Positions 23,407 to 31,505 of a DNA stretch of 55,591 bases are shown here, one piece after another. Origin of the DNA: a virus; the IMG/VR virus record IMGVR_UViG_3300032237_001108, positions 1 through 55,591 of that record. One strand, written 5' to 3'. The position numbers and the translations under genes were made by a program. Position 1 is the first letter of the stretch. Every line of letters begins with the position of its first letter. The notes beneath the pieces were generated by a model. It made no database searches and was not told the DNA's origin. It was given only the letters and a program-made list of their open reading frames with translations.

Positions 23407-24080
23407 CAGACCTTGGCCAGGGTCACCCCAGCCGCCTGCCCCTGATACTTTCCGGCCCCGTAGGGCTGGTCACAGGGCACCCCTTCAAAGAACAGGGCCT
23501 GACAGATGCCCTCGTTGGCGTAGATGCGGCAGTCGGCGCCTGATGAATTGCTGATCTCCACGGTCAGGTGGCCCTCCCAGCCGGCCTCTCCGGGGGTGAT
23601 GTTGACGATCACCCCGCAGCGGGCGTAGGTGCTCTTGCCGATGTAGAGGGCGGTGACGTGCGGCGGCAGGGCTTGGCGCTCGATCACCACGCCGAGGGCG
23701 TAGGTGTGGGCTGGAAGGATGAAGAAGGCGCCGTAGCTGTCCCACTGCAGCTCGGCCGGGGCGAGGCAACGATCATCGAAGGCCTTGGGATTGACGATCA
23801 GGCCAGGAACGTGCCGGAACACGCGGAAGTCGTGCGGGGCCAGGGTGAGGTCGTAGCCGTAGGAGGAGCAGCCGTAGGAGATCGCCGCAGCGGCAAGCTG
23901 GCTGGCCCCATCGGCTGTCTCCCCGGCGATGATGCGCCTGACCTTCCCCGGCTCAAACGGGCTGATCATGCCCTTGGCGGCAAACTCGCGGATGCGCCAA
24001 TCAGGCATGGAGCCGCCGCGGTTGGCAAGGCGGATGGTGCCGGTGTTGGGAAAGAATGCCTCCCTGTCGTTGTCATTCAT
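23406..24080 (-). CDS. dcd: dCTP deaminase family protein
   Basis: SYGYDLTL, GKSTYARCGVIVNITPGEAGWEGHLTVEISN and YGAGKYQGQ match the Dcd/dUTPase-superfamily signature. Confidence 0.85.
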   Translation of the reverse strand: MNDNDREAFFPNTGTIRLANRGGSMPDWRIREFAAKGMISPFEPGKVRRIIAGETADGASQLAAAAISYGCSSYGYDLTLAPHDFRVFRHVPGLIVNPKAFDDRCLAPAELQWDSYGAFFILPAHTYALGVVIERQALPPHVTALYIGKSTYARCGVIVNITPGEAGWEGHLTVEISNSSGADCRIYANEGICQALFFEGVPCDQPYGAGKYQGQAAGVTLAKV

Positions 24081-24301
24081 GGTTTCAGCAAGCGGGCGGG
24101 ACGTTGGCGGCGCTTCTGCTGGGCTGCAGCCAGGCGCTCTCGTGGCGTGGCCGGGGCCTCTGGGCTGCAGAGGGCCTTGAAGCGTGCTGGCTCACCCTCG
24201 GGCGCAAGGCGGATGATGCGAGGCGGTGGGGATTGCGGCATGGGGGTGGGATTCATTGCTCTGTGGGCATCGTGACAGGGGCGAAGCGTGGCGCGAGTCA
24301 C
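24077..24301 (-). CDS. Hypothetical 74-aa protein
   Basis: GTGA overlap upstream and ATGA overlap with the dcd start, so it is coupled within the operon. Confidence 0.45.
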   Translation of the reverse strand: MTRATLRPCHDAHRAMNPTPMPQSPPPRIIRLAPEGEPARFKALCSPEAPATPRERLAAAQQKRRQRPARLLKP

Positions 24302-24879
24302 CTCGCTCGTGGCTCGTAAAAATCACAGTCGGGCGCGAAAATCGGAAGACGGCCCCTCCTCTCGGGCACGCCCTGAGAGCAGGGATCAGCGCCGCCGCGC
24401 CAGTGCCGGCAGTCGTGGCAAACCAACCCCCCGGCAGGCGCAACCAGCGGCACTGGCGGGGCGGCTGGGGGCTGGGCGGCGCCGTGCTGGCGGCCCAGGT
24501 CGTAGCAGGCGCGGATGGCGGGGCCAAAGCCATGCTCTGAACCATCGTTGTAGACCCTACACAGCTCCTCATCCGTGACCACCGGGGCAGCCTCGGGGGT
24601 GGTGACCATTTTCGTGGCGCCAGGAAAATGGTTGGCGTGCGGCTGCTGCTGCGCAGCCTCCAGCGCCATGATCCGCTTCAGGTGATCGTCAATCCAGCGC
24701 ATCAATTTGTCCACGTCTTTGCCCCATTCCAGAGTGGCCAGTCTCTGGGTTTCGTATTTCCGCTCCAGCGCCTCCACCCGCTCCAGCAGGTGCAGCAGCA
24801 CATGGGAATAGGCGGCGCCCTCAACAGCGGCGGACTGGTAGAGCCAGGCCAGGGTTTCGGGGGGTAGTGGCTTGGTCAT
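24298..24879 (-). CDS. Hypothetical protein (193 aa), Cys-rich C-terminus
   Basis: ATGA overlap with the stop of the pentapeptide gene. No family recognised. Confidence 0.55.
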   Translation of the reverse strand: MTKPLPPETLAWLYQSAAVEGAAYSHVLLHLLERVEALERKYETQRLATLEWGKDVDKLMRWIDDHLKRIMALEAAQQQPHANHFPGATKMVTTPEAAPVVTDEELCRVYNDGSEHGFGPAIRACYDLGRQHGAAQPPAAPPVPLVAPAGGLVCHDCRHWRGGADPCSQGVPERRGRLPIFAPDCDFYEPRAR

Positions 24880-25622
24880 GCCTCCACCTCAGGCCGCGCC
24901 ACCACCGACCGCAACCACTCGGTAGCGGCCTCGTTGTCGTCGTAGAAATGGCCGTGAGCCTCGGTGCCTCCGAGCATCAGCCCGGCGACTTCCGAGCCAA
25001 CTGCAGCCTCCAGCAACCGGCCCACCTCTCCGGCCTGGTCAATCAACCAGCCGCCAATGCCGTAAGCGGTGGAGCAGCTGTGACACGTTTTCATCTCCAA
25101 CGCACCATCAGCAAGCGCTGCAGTGGCGGCAGCCCTGAGCCTCTGGGGAGCGTCGGCTGCGATGGCCAGCCCCAAGGTCCCGCTTAGGTTGGCGCCGCTC
25201 AGGTTGGCGCCGCTCAGGTTGGCGCCGGTCAGGTTGACGCCGCTCAGGTCGGCGTCGGTCAGGTCGGCGTCGGTCAGGTCGGCGCCGGCCAGGTCGGCGT
25301 CGGTCAGGTCGGCGCCGGCCAGGTTGACGCCGGCCAGGTTGACGCCGGCCAGGTTGACGCCGCTCAGGTCGGCGTCGGTCAGGTTGGCGTCGGTCAGGTT
25401 GGCGCCGCTCAGGTTGGCGCCGCTCAGGTTGGCGCCGATCAGGTTGACGCCGCGCAGGTCGGCGCCGATCAAGTTGGCGCCGATCAAGTTGGCGCCGATC
25501 AGGTTGGCGCCGATCAGGTTGGCGCCGGTCAGGTTAACGCGTTGACCCTCCGGGTCGAAAGCGAGCCAGCGGACGTGGCTGGCGAGGATTTCGATCAGGT
25601 TGATTGTGGATGGTTCAGCCAT
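24876..25622 (-). CDS. Pentapeptide-repeat protein with a non-repeat C-terminal domain
   Basis: About 24 consecutive A(D/N)LxG-type pentapeptides (GANLIGANLIGANL...DADLTDADLSGVNLAG...) followed by a roughly 100-aa unique domain. Confidence 0.9.
   Translation of the reverse strand: MAEPSTINLIEILASHVRWLAFDPEGQRVNLTGANLIGANLIGANLIGANLIGADLRGVNLIGANLSGANLSGANLTDANLTDADLSGVNLAGVNLAGVNLAGADLTDADLAGADLTDADLTDADLSGVNLTGANLSGANLSGANLSGTLGLAIAADAPQRLRAAATAALADGALEMKTCHSCSTAYGIGGWLIDQAGEVGRLLEAAVGSEVAGLMLGGTEAHGHFYDDNEAATEWLRSVVARPEVEA
25184..25540. repeat. Tandem 15-bp near-identical DNA repeats (coding for the pentapeptide array)
   Basis: caggttggcgccgct / caggtcggcgtcggt / caggttgacgccggc units repeat head-to-tail across about 360 bp. 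Confidence 0.9.
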
Positions 25623-25631
25623 GGGAGTCTA

Positions 25632-25650
25632 TTTTTTTTGGGGGGGGGGG
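25632..25650. repeat. Homopolymer pair T8 G11 (C11 A8 on the minus strand)
   Basis: attttttttggggggggggg read directly. On the minus strand the tract ends 9 nt upstream of ATG 25622. Confidence 0.9.
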
Positions 25651-25656
25651 TGATAG

Positions 25657-26016
25657 TCATGGCCGTCTCGGCATAAACGCTCCACAGCCTATGCCGTAGC
25701 GAATACCGATTGACTCGGCTTCATTGTGCCCAAGACCACAAACACCCTTGCGTCTTACATTGTCGCGCCTAAAATCCTTAAATATAAAATGCACGCAATG
25801 ACTACAAAGGTGCTTGTTTGATGATTCCGTTATCCGCGGCAACTCTGGAAATAAATCGGCTTGAATGATTCCGCGCCTCACCCTTCGGATCCACTCCCGA
25901 GAGGCGCGGTATTTTGCGGCCAGTTCATCATTGGTCGTTTCGGGTGGGGCAATGAGCACTTTACGGATCAGTTCAATTTTTTCCCGTGTCCGAGCGCTGT
26001 CTTTTACGGGGCTCAT
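25657..26016 (-). CDS. Hypothetical DNA-binding-like protein (HTH plus Cys-rich C-terminus), AT-richer gene
   Basis: Start moved to ATG 26016 (MSPVKDSARTREKIELIRK), which has an ATGA overlap with the upstream small ORF. TNDELAAKYRASREWIRRVRR is HTH-like, and CSHC...C..GH...GC is Cys-rich. Confidence 0.5.
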   Translation of the reverse strand: MSPVKDSARTREKIELIRKVLIAPPETTNDELAAKYRASREWIRRVRRGIIQADLFPELPRITESSNKHLCSHCVHFIFKDFRRDNVRRKGVCGLGHNEAESIGIRYGIGCGAFMPRRP

Positions 26017-26186
26017 CGGCGCTGTTCTTGCTGTACGAAACGGGTTGAACAAGTGAATACCAGCGGCAATACGGCCATCGCCAGCAAGGCCCCAACAACG
26101 CAGCCGGCTGCAAATTGCGCCGCTAGTCGCGCTCCCCTCAGACTAGGGGGATCGGGGGCGATGATCACCACGGGGGGCTTCTTCAT
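26013..26186 (-). CDS. Hypothetical 57-aa membrane protein
   Basis: Below the track cutoff. MKKPPVVIIAPDPPSLRGARLAAQFAAGCVVGALLAMAVLPLVFTCSTRFVQQEQRR. ATGA overlaps at both ends. Confidence 0.45.
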   Translation of the reverse strand: MKKPPVVIIAPDPPSLRGARLAAQFAAGCVVGALLAMAVLPLVFTCSTRFVQQEQRR

Positions 26187-26347
26187 TGCTCTGCTGCCTT
26201 CCTAAACAGCCGGCGCAGCTCCACGGCATTGGGATGGCCCCAAGGCAACACGGAGCGTTGGAGCATGGCTGCCGCATCGGGCATCACCTTGGGGCGCGGT
26301 GCGGGCCTTGGTTCAGGCCTTGGAGGCGGCGGGGCGGTGGGTGTCAT
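26183..26347 (-). CDS. Hypothetical Pro-rich 54-aa protein
   Basis: An internal ATG at 26347 is preceded by an exact motif II (CAACCAGCGAACC ATG). The track start at 26377 is also possible. Confidence 0.4.
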   Translation of the reverse strand: MTPTAPPPPRPEPRPAPRPKVMPDAAAMLQRSVLPWGHPNAVELRRLFRKAAEQ

Positions 26348-26349
26348 GG

Positions 26350-26360
26350 TTCGCTGGTTG
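26350..26360 (-). promoter_or_regulatory. Motif II copy (CAACCAGCGAA), minus strand
   Basis: Exact 11-mer, 2 nt upstream of ATG 26347. Confidence 0.55.
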
Positions 26361-26379
26361 AAGACTGGGATAAGCATAG

Positions 26380-26553
26380 CTATTTGGTGCCGGTCTGGAT
26401 AGGGATACCTTCAGCCAATAACCTCGCCACCTCTCGGCCGCTGATCACCCGGTCGTATCGGGCCTGCAGCAGCAGGGCAAGCGTGTAGGGGTGCCGGCCG
26501 GGGTGCTCGCGGGCGATGGTGGAGACCATCTCGGCGGGGGTGGTGGTGCTCAC
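26380..26553 (-). CDS. Hypothetical 57-aa protein
   Basis: GTGA overlap with the stop of 26550..27278. MSTTTPAEMVSTIAREHPGRHPYTLALLLQARYDRVISGREVARLLAEGIPIQTGTK. Confidence 0.4.
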   Translation of the reverse strand: MSTTTPAEMVSTIAREHPGRHPYTLALLLQARYDRVISGREVARLLAEGIPIQTGTK

Positions 26554-27278
26554 GGCTGGCCCTTCTTGACGGCGAAGGCCTCCTCAAGGATCCGGTGAAC
26601 TCCCGCGCTGTCTCCCCAATGTGTTCTGCCGCCATTGGCGAGCCCGTGCATCGCCTCGCATAGGCGGTAATAAGCCGGGATCAAGTCCCACAGCATCCGC
26701 GCCATCACGTTGGCCCGCTCGATCTCCTGCTGCTCCAACAGGTCGCGCCAGAGTTGCCGGGCCAGCTCCAGATCACCGCGAAACGCCCGCACCAGGGGGA
26801 ACAGAGCCTGCGCTTCCTCCGCCATGCCGCTGCCGATCGCGTCATAGGCCTTGCGGTAGCGGCTCAGCACCTGAAGGTGGGATTCGGCCAGGGCGGCGGT
26901 GGACTCCTGCTGCTTGCCCAGCACCTCGGGGTTGATGACCTTGGCGGTGCTGGCCGGGGAAGGTGACTGCGGCGCTCGCGGCGGAGCTGGAGGCTTCGGC
27001 GCTTGTGGGGTGGGTGGCGCGGTGCGTTTCGGCTTGCCCTTCCGGCCCTTGCTGCGGTCGTAGGCCTCGGCTCGCTTTTTCCAGTTGAACCGAGCAGCGA
27101 CCTTGCCAATCGCCTGATGTGAAATCCCCAGGATCTTGGCCAGGGTTGTCAGGGTTCGATCAGGGCCAAGCTCCAGGAACTGCACAAAACGGTCGTAAGC
27201 CTCGGCGGACTCCTCAAGGCCTCTGCAGCCCTGTCCCTGGTCCCAGATCGCAGCCAAGGAGAGTCCCGGTCCTGACAA
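26550..27278 (-). CDS. HTH protein heading the leftward operon (terminase small subunit candidate or regulator)
   Basis: RTLTTLAKILGISHQAIGKVAARFNWKKRAEAYD resembles TerS-type N-terminal HTH segments. It is the first gene of the operon that later contains terL. Function uncertain. Confidence 0.45.
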   Translation of the reverse strand: MSGPGLSLAAIWDQGQGCRGLEESAEAYDRFVQFLELGPDRTLTTLAKILGISHQAIGKVAARFNWKKRAEAYDRSKGRKGKPKRTAPPTPQAPKPPAPPRAPQSPSPASTAKVINPEVLGKQQESTAALAESHLQVLSRYRKAYDAIGSGMAEEAQALFPLVRAFRGDLELARQLWRDLLEQQEIERANVMARMLWDLIPAYYRLCEAMHGLANGGRTHWGDSAGVHRILEEAFAVKKGQP

Positions 27279-27286
27279 GGATTTTA

Positions 27287-27339
27287 GGGTTGCAGCGCAA
27301 CCCAGGGGCGCAGCCAGTCGCGCAACCGCTTGCGCAACC
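27287..27339. promoter_or_regulatory. Operator-like palindromes in the divergent control region
   Basis: GGGTTGCagcGCAACCC (27287-27303) and GCGCAAccgcTTGCGC (27320-27335). GCGCAACC occurs three times (27295, 27320, 27332). Confidence 0.45.
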
Positions 27340-27510
27340 CCCTCGCCCTGACCCCGATCCAGACACGCACAAAACGAGATAGCCTGTCCCGTACCGGAGG
27401 CCCGCCAACAGAAAACCCGACCTTTCGGCCGGGCCCTCCGTGATCGTCTCCCCCGAAGCTTTGCCGGCAGAAAGGGGAGGGATCAGTTATCAACTACCCC
27501 ATGATTCTAC

Positions 27511-28116
27511 ATGAAAGAACTACCAACAGGGCACCTCGGCTTCACGGCGGTCCCCACCTGGCTCTTGGGCCAGGCCAGCCCGATCGAGCTGGCGGTCTTA
27601 CTGGCCATCCAAGAGGCGCCGGATCAGCAGATCAGCCTCACCGATCTGGGCAGCAAGGCGGGCGTGTGTCGCCGGACAGCCAGCAACGCACTGGCAAAAA
27701 TGGCAGCCCGCGGCTGGCTGGCCAAGGAGGTGACAACCGAGGAGGACGGGGCGATCGGGCCGAACCGCTACGTCCTGAGGATCTGGGGCGACCTGGCAGA
27801 GGCACCCGAGCAACCCCCCAGCCCACCGCAGCCACAGAGGCGCGAACGGAGCGAACGGGAAAACGGAGCGGTGCCCATTGCCCTGATGGCCGCCTGCTCC
27901 GTCAAGAAGGGCGCCCTGTTCGTCTACCTGGCTCTCCAGTTGTTTGAGGCGCCAACGATCAGCACTCTTGCCACGGTCTGCTGTATGGCCCCCGAGGACG
28001 TGCGGGTGGCACTGAAGTTCTTGGAGGAGGGCGGCTGGATCCAACGGATTGACCGACCGGGCAGCAGCAGCCTGTTTCGGGTGTTCTTTGAGCGCGTCGG
28101 CGCTCGCCGGGGCTGA
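27511..28116 (+). CDS. Winged-helix DNA-binding protein (first rightward gene)
   Basis: LGFTAVPTWLLGQASPIELAVLLAIQE...ISLTDLGSKAGVCRRTASNALAKMAARGWL. Paralogous to the N-terminus of the next gene. Confidence 0.6.
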   Translation: MKELPTGHLGFTAVPTWLLGQASPIELAVLLAIQEAPDQQISLTDLGSKAGVCRRTASNALAKMAARGWLAKEVTTEEDGAIGPNRYVLRIWGDLAEAPEQPPSPPQPQRRERSERENGAVPIALMAACSVKKGALFVYLALQLFEAPTISTLATVCCMAPEDVRVALKFLEEGGWIQRIDRPGSSSLFRVFFERVGARRG

Positions 28117-28126
28117 GGTGGTGACG

Positions 28127-29245
28127 ATGAACAAACCTCAGAACCAGCAGCCACGGTGCTGCAGCGAAGCGGCCGGCAACAGGGTCGCAGGGTTCACGTG
28201 CCTGCCGAACTGGCTGTTTGGCCAAGCCACGGCGCAGGAGCTGGTGATGCTCTTGGCGCTGCAGCACCACGCCCCGAACATTCACCCGAGCCTGGCCACG
28301 CTGGCGCGGGTGTCGGGGCTGGGAAAAAGCACGGTTTGCCGGATCTTGCTTGGCCTGAAGGAGCGCGGATGGCTGAGGACAGAGCGCCGGGCGACAGATG
28401 GCGGGGGAAACAATTCGACCTCCTACCACCTGCTGATCTGGGCCATTGAACCGCCCTCAGCCATTGTCCCAGAGCGGGACAACTTGTCCCAGAGCGGAGG
28501 GGGGCTTGTCCCGGAGCGGGACATAAACAAGATGAATCTAAGAATAAAAACTAAACCAACAGCCTTAGAACCCCCCTTACCCCCCGCTGCGCGGGGGGAG
28601 CGCCGGCCCGAGGCCGTCGCCGCTCGCCCGTGTCGTGATCGGGATGGGTTCCTGATCCCGAATCCAGGCCCGCAACCGCAGGCCACCCCGGAGCAACCCG
28701 CAGAGCCTCCGGCAGCCGTGCAGCCGCAGCCGCAACAGCCGCAGGCCCCCAGGCCATTGCCCGAGCCGGCGCAAGATCCCGAGGCGATCGTCCCGGTCAA
28801 GCCGAAGGCCCGGAAGCGAGAGGCTGGGTTTGCGCCGGCCCACCAGGATGTTCCGGCGGCGCTGCTGCCGGTGATTCGCGAACTGCTCGCGTTCTGGCCG
28901 GCGCGGAAGGGCGCCAAGACCTTTGCGGCCTGGGAGCTGCTCTGCAGCGAGCTGAAGCGGATCCAAGACCACCCGCAGGGCGGAACCGAGATCGTGCGGG
29001 GGCAACTGGAGGCGGGCACGACAGCCGGCATTGACGGCAAGGCCTGGCAATCAATCCGGTTCAGCAACTGGCTCAACTACGGCACCAAGGCCGGCGCCCC
29101 GGCAAGCGGCGCGAGGTTCCAGGGCAAGCGCTCCACGATGGACCGGGTGATGGGCGCCATCGCCCTGGTTGAGAAACGCGAGCGCGAGGCGGCAGCAGCT
29201 CAGCGGGCGGAGATCGGCGGGCTGGTGCTCGCGGAGGTTGCCTGA
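28127..29245 (+). CDS. Winged-helix DNA-binding protein, replication-initiator-like (372 aa)
   Basis: Start at MNKPQNQQ. GFTCLPNWLFGQATAQELVMLLALQHH...SLATLARVSGLGKSTVCRILLGLKERGWL. Pro/Gln-rich linker and a unique C-terminal domain. Confidence 0.6.
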   Translation: MNKPQNQQPRCCSEAAGNRVAGFTCLPNWLFGQATAQELVMLLALQHHAPNIHPSLATLARVSGLGKSTVCRILLGLKERGWLRTERRATDGGGNNSTSYHLLIWAIEPPSAIVPERDNLSQSGGGLVPERDINKMNLRIKTKPTALEPPLPPAARGERRPEAVAARPCRDRDGFLIPNPGPQPQATPEQPAEPPAAVQPQPQQPQAPRPLPEPAQDPEAIVPVKPKARKREAGFAPAHQDVPAALLPVIRELLAFWPARKGAKTFAAWELLCSELKRIQDHPQGGTEIVRGQLEAGTTAGIDGKAWQSIRFSNWLNYGTKAGAPASGARFQGKRSTMDRVMGAIALVEKREREAAAAQRAEIGGLVLAEVA

Positions 29246-30000
29246 TGACCATCACGATGCGGGATTTCGTCCCAGCGATGGGGTTCCTGTGCGAAATGCT
29301 GCCGATGCAGCGAGCGCTGAGCGATGAAGCTCTGGCGATGGCGTGGGAAACCATGCCCGGCGCGGCGAAAATCCACCTGACGCGGGAATCCTTGGCGTTT
29401 GCGGTGAAGCAACGGCTGGTGGATCCGGCGCCGCCGAAGGAGCAGGCGTTGCACGTCCAGCTGCTGCGGTACGTGTTCCCGGTGGAGCGCACCGTGAAGC
29501 GCGAGCGGGGTGAGGAGGTGAACTGCGATCGGGCGCTGTTGGAGGGCGGGCTACGGGCTGATCTGGCCGAGCGCATGGCCGCCCCTGACCGGTTCCACGA
29601 TCCAGCCCCAGTGCGCCATGAGCAGGCCCCACCGCAGCGGCCGAGGCTGCCCAGTGGCGGGCGGGCGTGGCATCCGAGCGAGATGACGGCGCAGCAACAC
29701 GCGGCGCACCTGGAGCGGGTTGCGGCGGCGATGCAGCGCCTACGGGAGCGCGGTGGTGATGGCCGCGTTTTGAGCGCGGGGCAACTGGCCCAGGGCCGGT
29801 GGTGGTTTCAGCGCTGCCTCAATGGCTTTTGGCCGCTTGAATGCGACGACGGGGGCATTGCTGGGGCGTGGATCCTGGCCAATGGCCGCCAGGCAGATGC
29901 CCTGCTGCAGCAGGCGCAAAGTGCTCCGGGGCTCCTGCCGCCGGCTGAGGGTTTGGCCGTTGCAGGGCTGACGGGCCAGGGGGTGAACCCATGGCGGTGA
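29245..30000 (+). CDS. Hypothetical protein (251 aa)
   Basis: TGATG junction with the upstream gene. No family recognised. Confidence 0.55.
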   Translation: MTITMRDFVPAMGFLCEMLPMQRALSDEALAMAWETMPGAAKIHLTRESLAFAVKQRLVDPAPPKEQALHVQLLRYVFPVERTVKRERGEEVNCDRALLEGGLRADLAERMAAPDRFHDPAPVRHEQAPPQRPRLPSGGRAWHPSEMTAQQHAAHLERVAAAMQRLRERGGDGRVLSAGQLAQGRWWFQRCLNGFWPLECDDGGIAGAWILANGRQADALLQQAQSAPGLLPPAEGLAVAGLTGQGVNPWR

Positions 30001-30656
30001 CCACACAAGGCGGCTGGTTGGTGGGCGATGCGGTGCCCGAGCCGGCCGATGGACTCTATTGGCACCCCGATCGCGGGATGCGGGTGTTGATGCCAGCAAG
30101 GGCGATCGTCGATGCGGCTTTCCCGTCGCAAAGGGGCGCCCCGGAGCGGTGCCGGTTGTGCCGGGCGGCGATTGCAAGCCATGCCCGCAGCCTGTGGGGC
30201 CCCTCGGCGACGGCAAAACCATGGGCGCCAAGCTCACGAACGTTTGACCCGGCCCGTCCGGCGGTGGAGGCCCTGGTTAGCCATGGCTTCTGGAAACGGG
30301 TTGAGGTGGTGGGCTCGCTGCTGCACGTGGCGGTGCTGCGGCACGAGGCGGCCACATCCGTGGACCTGGCAGTGCGGTTTGAGGATGGTGGGCTGGGCTT
30401 GCTGGCGGTCTGGAGCGGACCGGATAAGCGCATCCACCCGCTGGCGCCATGGGCGGAGCTGGGGGCAGCGGTGGCCGCGTTGGCGGATTCAGGGATCCCG
30501 CTGGCCAAGGCGGTGGTGGTGTGGGTGGATGACGGCGCCGTGAAGCTGGAGGCCAGGCCAGCGGATGAAGCGCTGGGGGTTTGGGTGGATGCAACGGACC
30601 TAGAGCGGGCTAGGCGGCGGCATTTTCCGCAGGGGGTGGCTCATGGCCGCTCCTGA
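29991..30656 (+). CDS. Hypothetical protein (221 aa)
   Basis: 10-nt overlap with the upstream gene. No family recognised. Confidence 0.5.
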   Translation: MAVTTQGGWLVGDAVPEPADGLYWHPDRGMRVLMPARAIVDAAFPSQRGAPERCRLCRAAIASHARSLWGPSATAKPWAPSSRTFDPARPAVEALVSHGFWKRVEVVGSLLHVAVLRHEAATSVDLAVRFEDGGLGLLAVWSGPDKRIHPLAPWAELGAAVAALADSGIPLAKAVVVWVDDGAVKLEARPADEALGVWVDATDLERARRRHFPQGVAHGRS

Positions 30657-31188
30657 TGCCTGTCACGATCGCCATCAGCGCCGCGAGGATGGCCCTACGG
30701 CAGTCCTTAAGGGCTGCCCTGGTGTGGAGAGCGCCGGAGATGGGGAGAAGCCCGCTGCAAGGCCGCAGAGCGTCACGTTTCGCGTGGAGGGCATGGCGCC
30801 GGCTCCGCAGGGGTCAAAGCGGCACGTGGGCGGCGGCGTGATGATCGAGTCGTGCAAAGCCGTCAAGCCCTGGCGGCTACTGGTGGCTCAGTCCGCCATC
30901 GCGGCGAGGGTGCCCCTGCTGCGGGGGCCGGTGCGGCTATCGCTGGTGTTCCTGTTCCCCAGGCCGGCAGGGCACTACCGGAAGAACGGCACCCTCAAGC
31001 CCTCGGCGCCCGCCTATCACGCGGTCAAACCGGACGGGTCAAAGCTCCAGCGCTCCACCGAAGACGCCCTGAGCGGGCTGGTGATCGAGGACGACGCCCG
31101 GATTGTCGGAACCGTCTGGGACAAGCGCTACTGCGTCGGCAGCGAGCGGCCGGGGGCACTGATCACGGTGATCCAGCTTGCTGCATAG
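30643..31188 (+). CDS. rusA: RusA-family Holliday junction resolvase
   Basis: VTFRVEGMAPAPQGSKR...LSLVFLFPRP...KPDGSKLQRSTEDALSGLVIEDDARIV matches the RusA pattern (kPD.DN..K...DaL.g....DD..i). Confidence 0.7.
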   Translation: MAAPDACHDRHQRREDGPTAVLKGCPGVESAGDGEKPAARPQSVTFRVEGMAPAPQGSKRHVGGGVMIESCKAVKPWRLLVAQSAIAARVPLLRGPVRLSLVFLFPRPAGHYRKNGTLKPSAPAYHAVKPDGSKLQRSTEDALSGLVIEDDARIVGTVWDKRYCVGSERPGALITVIQLAA

Positions 31189-31246
31189 GCATACGGTTTC
31201 CCGCACTACTCCCGCTGTAATCGCTACCCTTATGACAGATAGGTAG

Positions 31247-31257
31247 CAACCAGCGAA
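31247..31257 (+). promoter_or_regulatory. Motif II copy (CAACCAGCGAA)
   Basis: Exact 11-mer, 3 nt upstream of ATG 31261; preceded by GACAGATAGG. Confidence 0.55.
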
Positions 31258-31260
31258 GCT

Positions 31261-31443
31261 ATGTCCACTCTCAGGCAACCAGTTCCAACCCGTGTCACGA
31301 TCACGGTTCCGTTTCAGGTGTTTGCGCAGCTGCGGGACCGCGCCGATCAGGAGGGGCGCAGCACGAGCAATCTGGCCGCGTTTCTTTTGGAGCGCTCCCT
31401 AAGGCCCGTTTTACAGGCCCCACCGCGAGACATGGTGTCTTAA
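31261..31443 (+). CDS. Ribbon-helix-helix (CopG/Arc-like) DNA-binding protein
   Basis: RVTITVPFQVFAQLRDRADQEGRSTSNLAAFLLERSL has the beta-alpha-alpha RHH pattern. Confidence 0.65.
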   Translation: MSTLRQPVPTRVTITVPFQVFAQLRDRADQEGRSTSNLAAFLLERSLRPVLQAPPRDMVS

Positions 31444-31446
31444 CAG

Positions 31447-31472
31447 CAAAAAGGGGCCCTCAGTGGGCCCCC
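31447..31472 (-). terminator. Rho-independent terminator for the acidic-protein gene
   Basis: Minus strand reads GGGGGCCC-actga-GGGCCCC followed by TTTTT. Confidence 0.65.
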
Positions 31473-31505
31473 ATGCGTACCTGTCGGACAGGCAGTGGCT
31501 CAGGA

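Noticed and set aside
21868-23445. 525-aa plus-strand ORF antisense to terL
   Set aside because: terL on the minus strand has clear terminase motifs. The antisense product is low-complexity Gly/Arg/Pro/Ala sequence.
25184-25540. Regular short tandem repeats that could be mistaken for a CRISPR array or satellite
   Set aside because: The period is 15 bp with no unique spacers. The repeats are in frame and encode canonical pentapeptide (A(D/N)LxG) units of a continuous 248-aa ORF.
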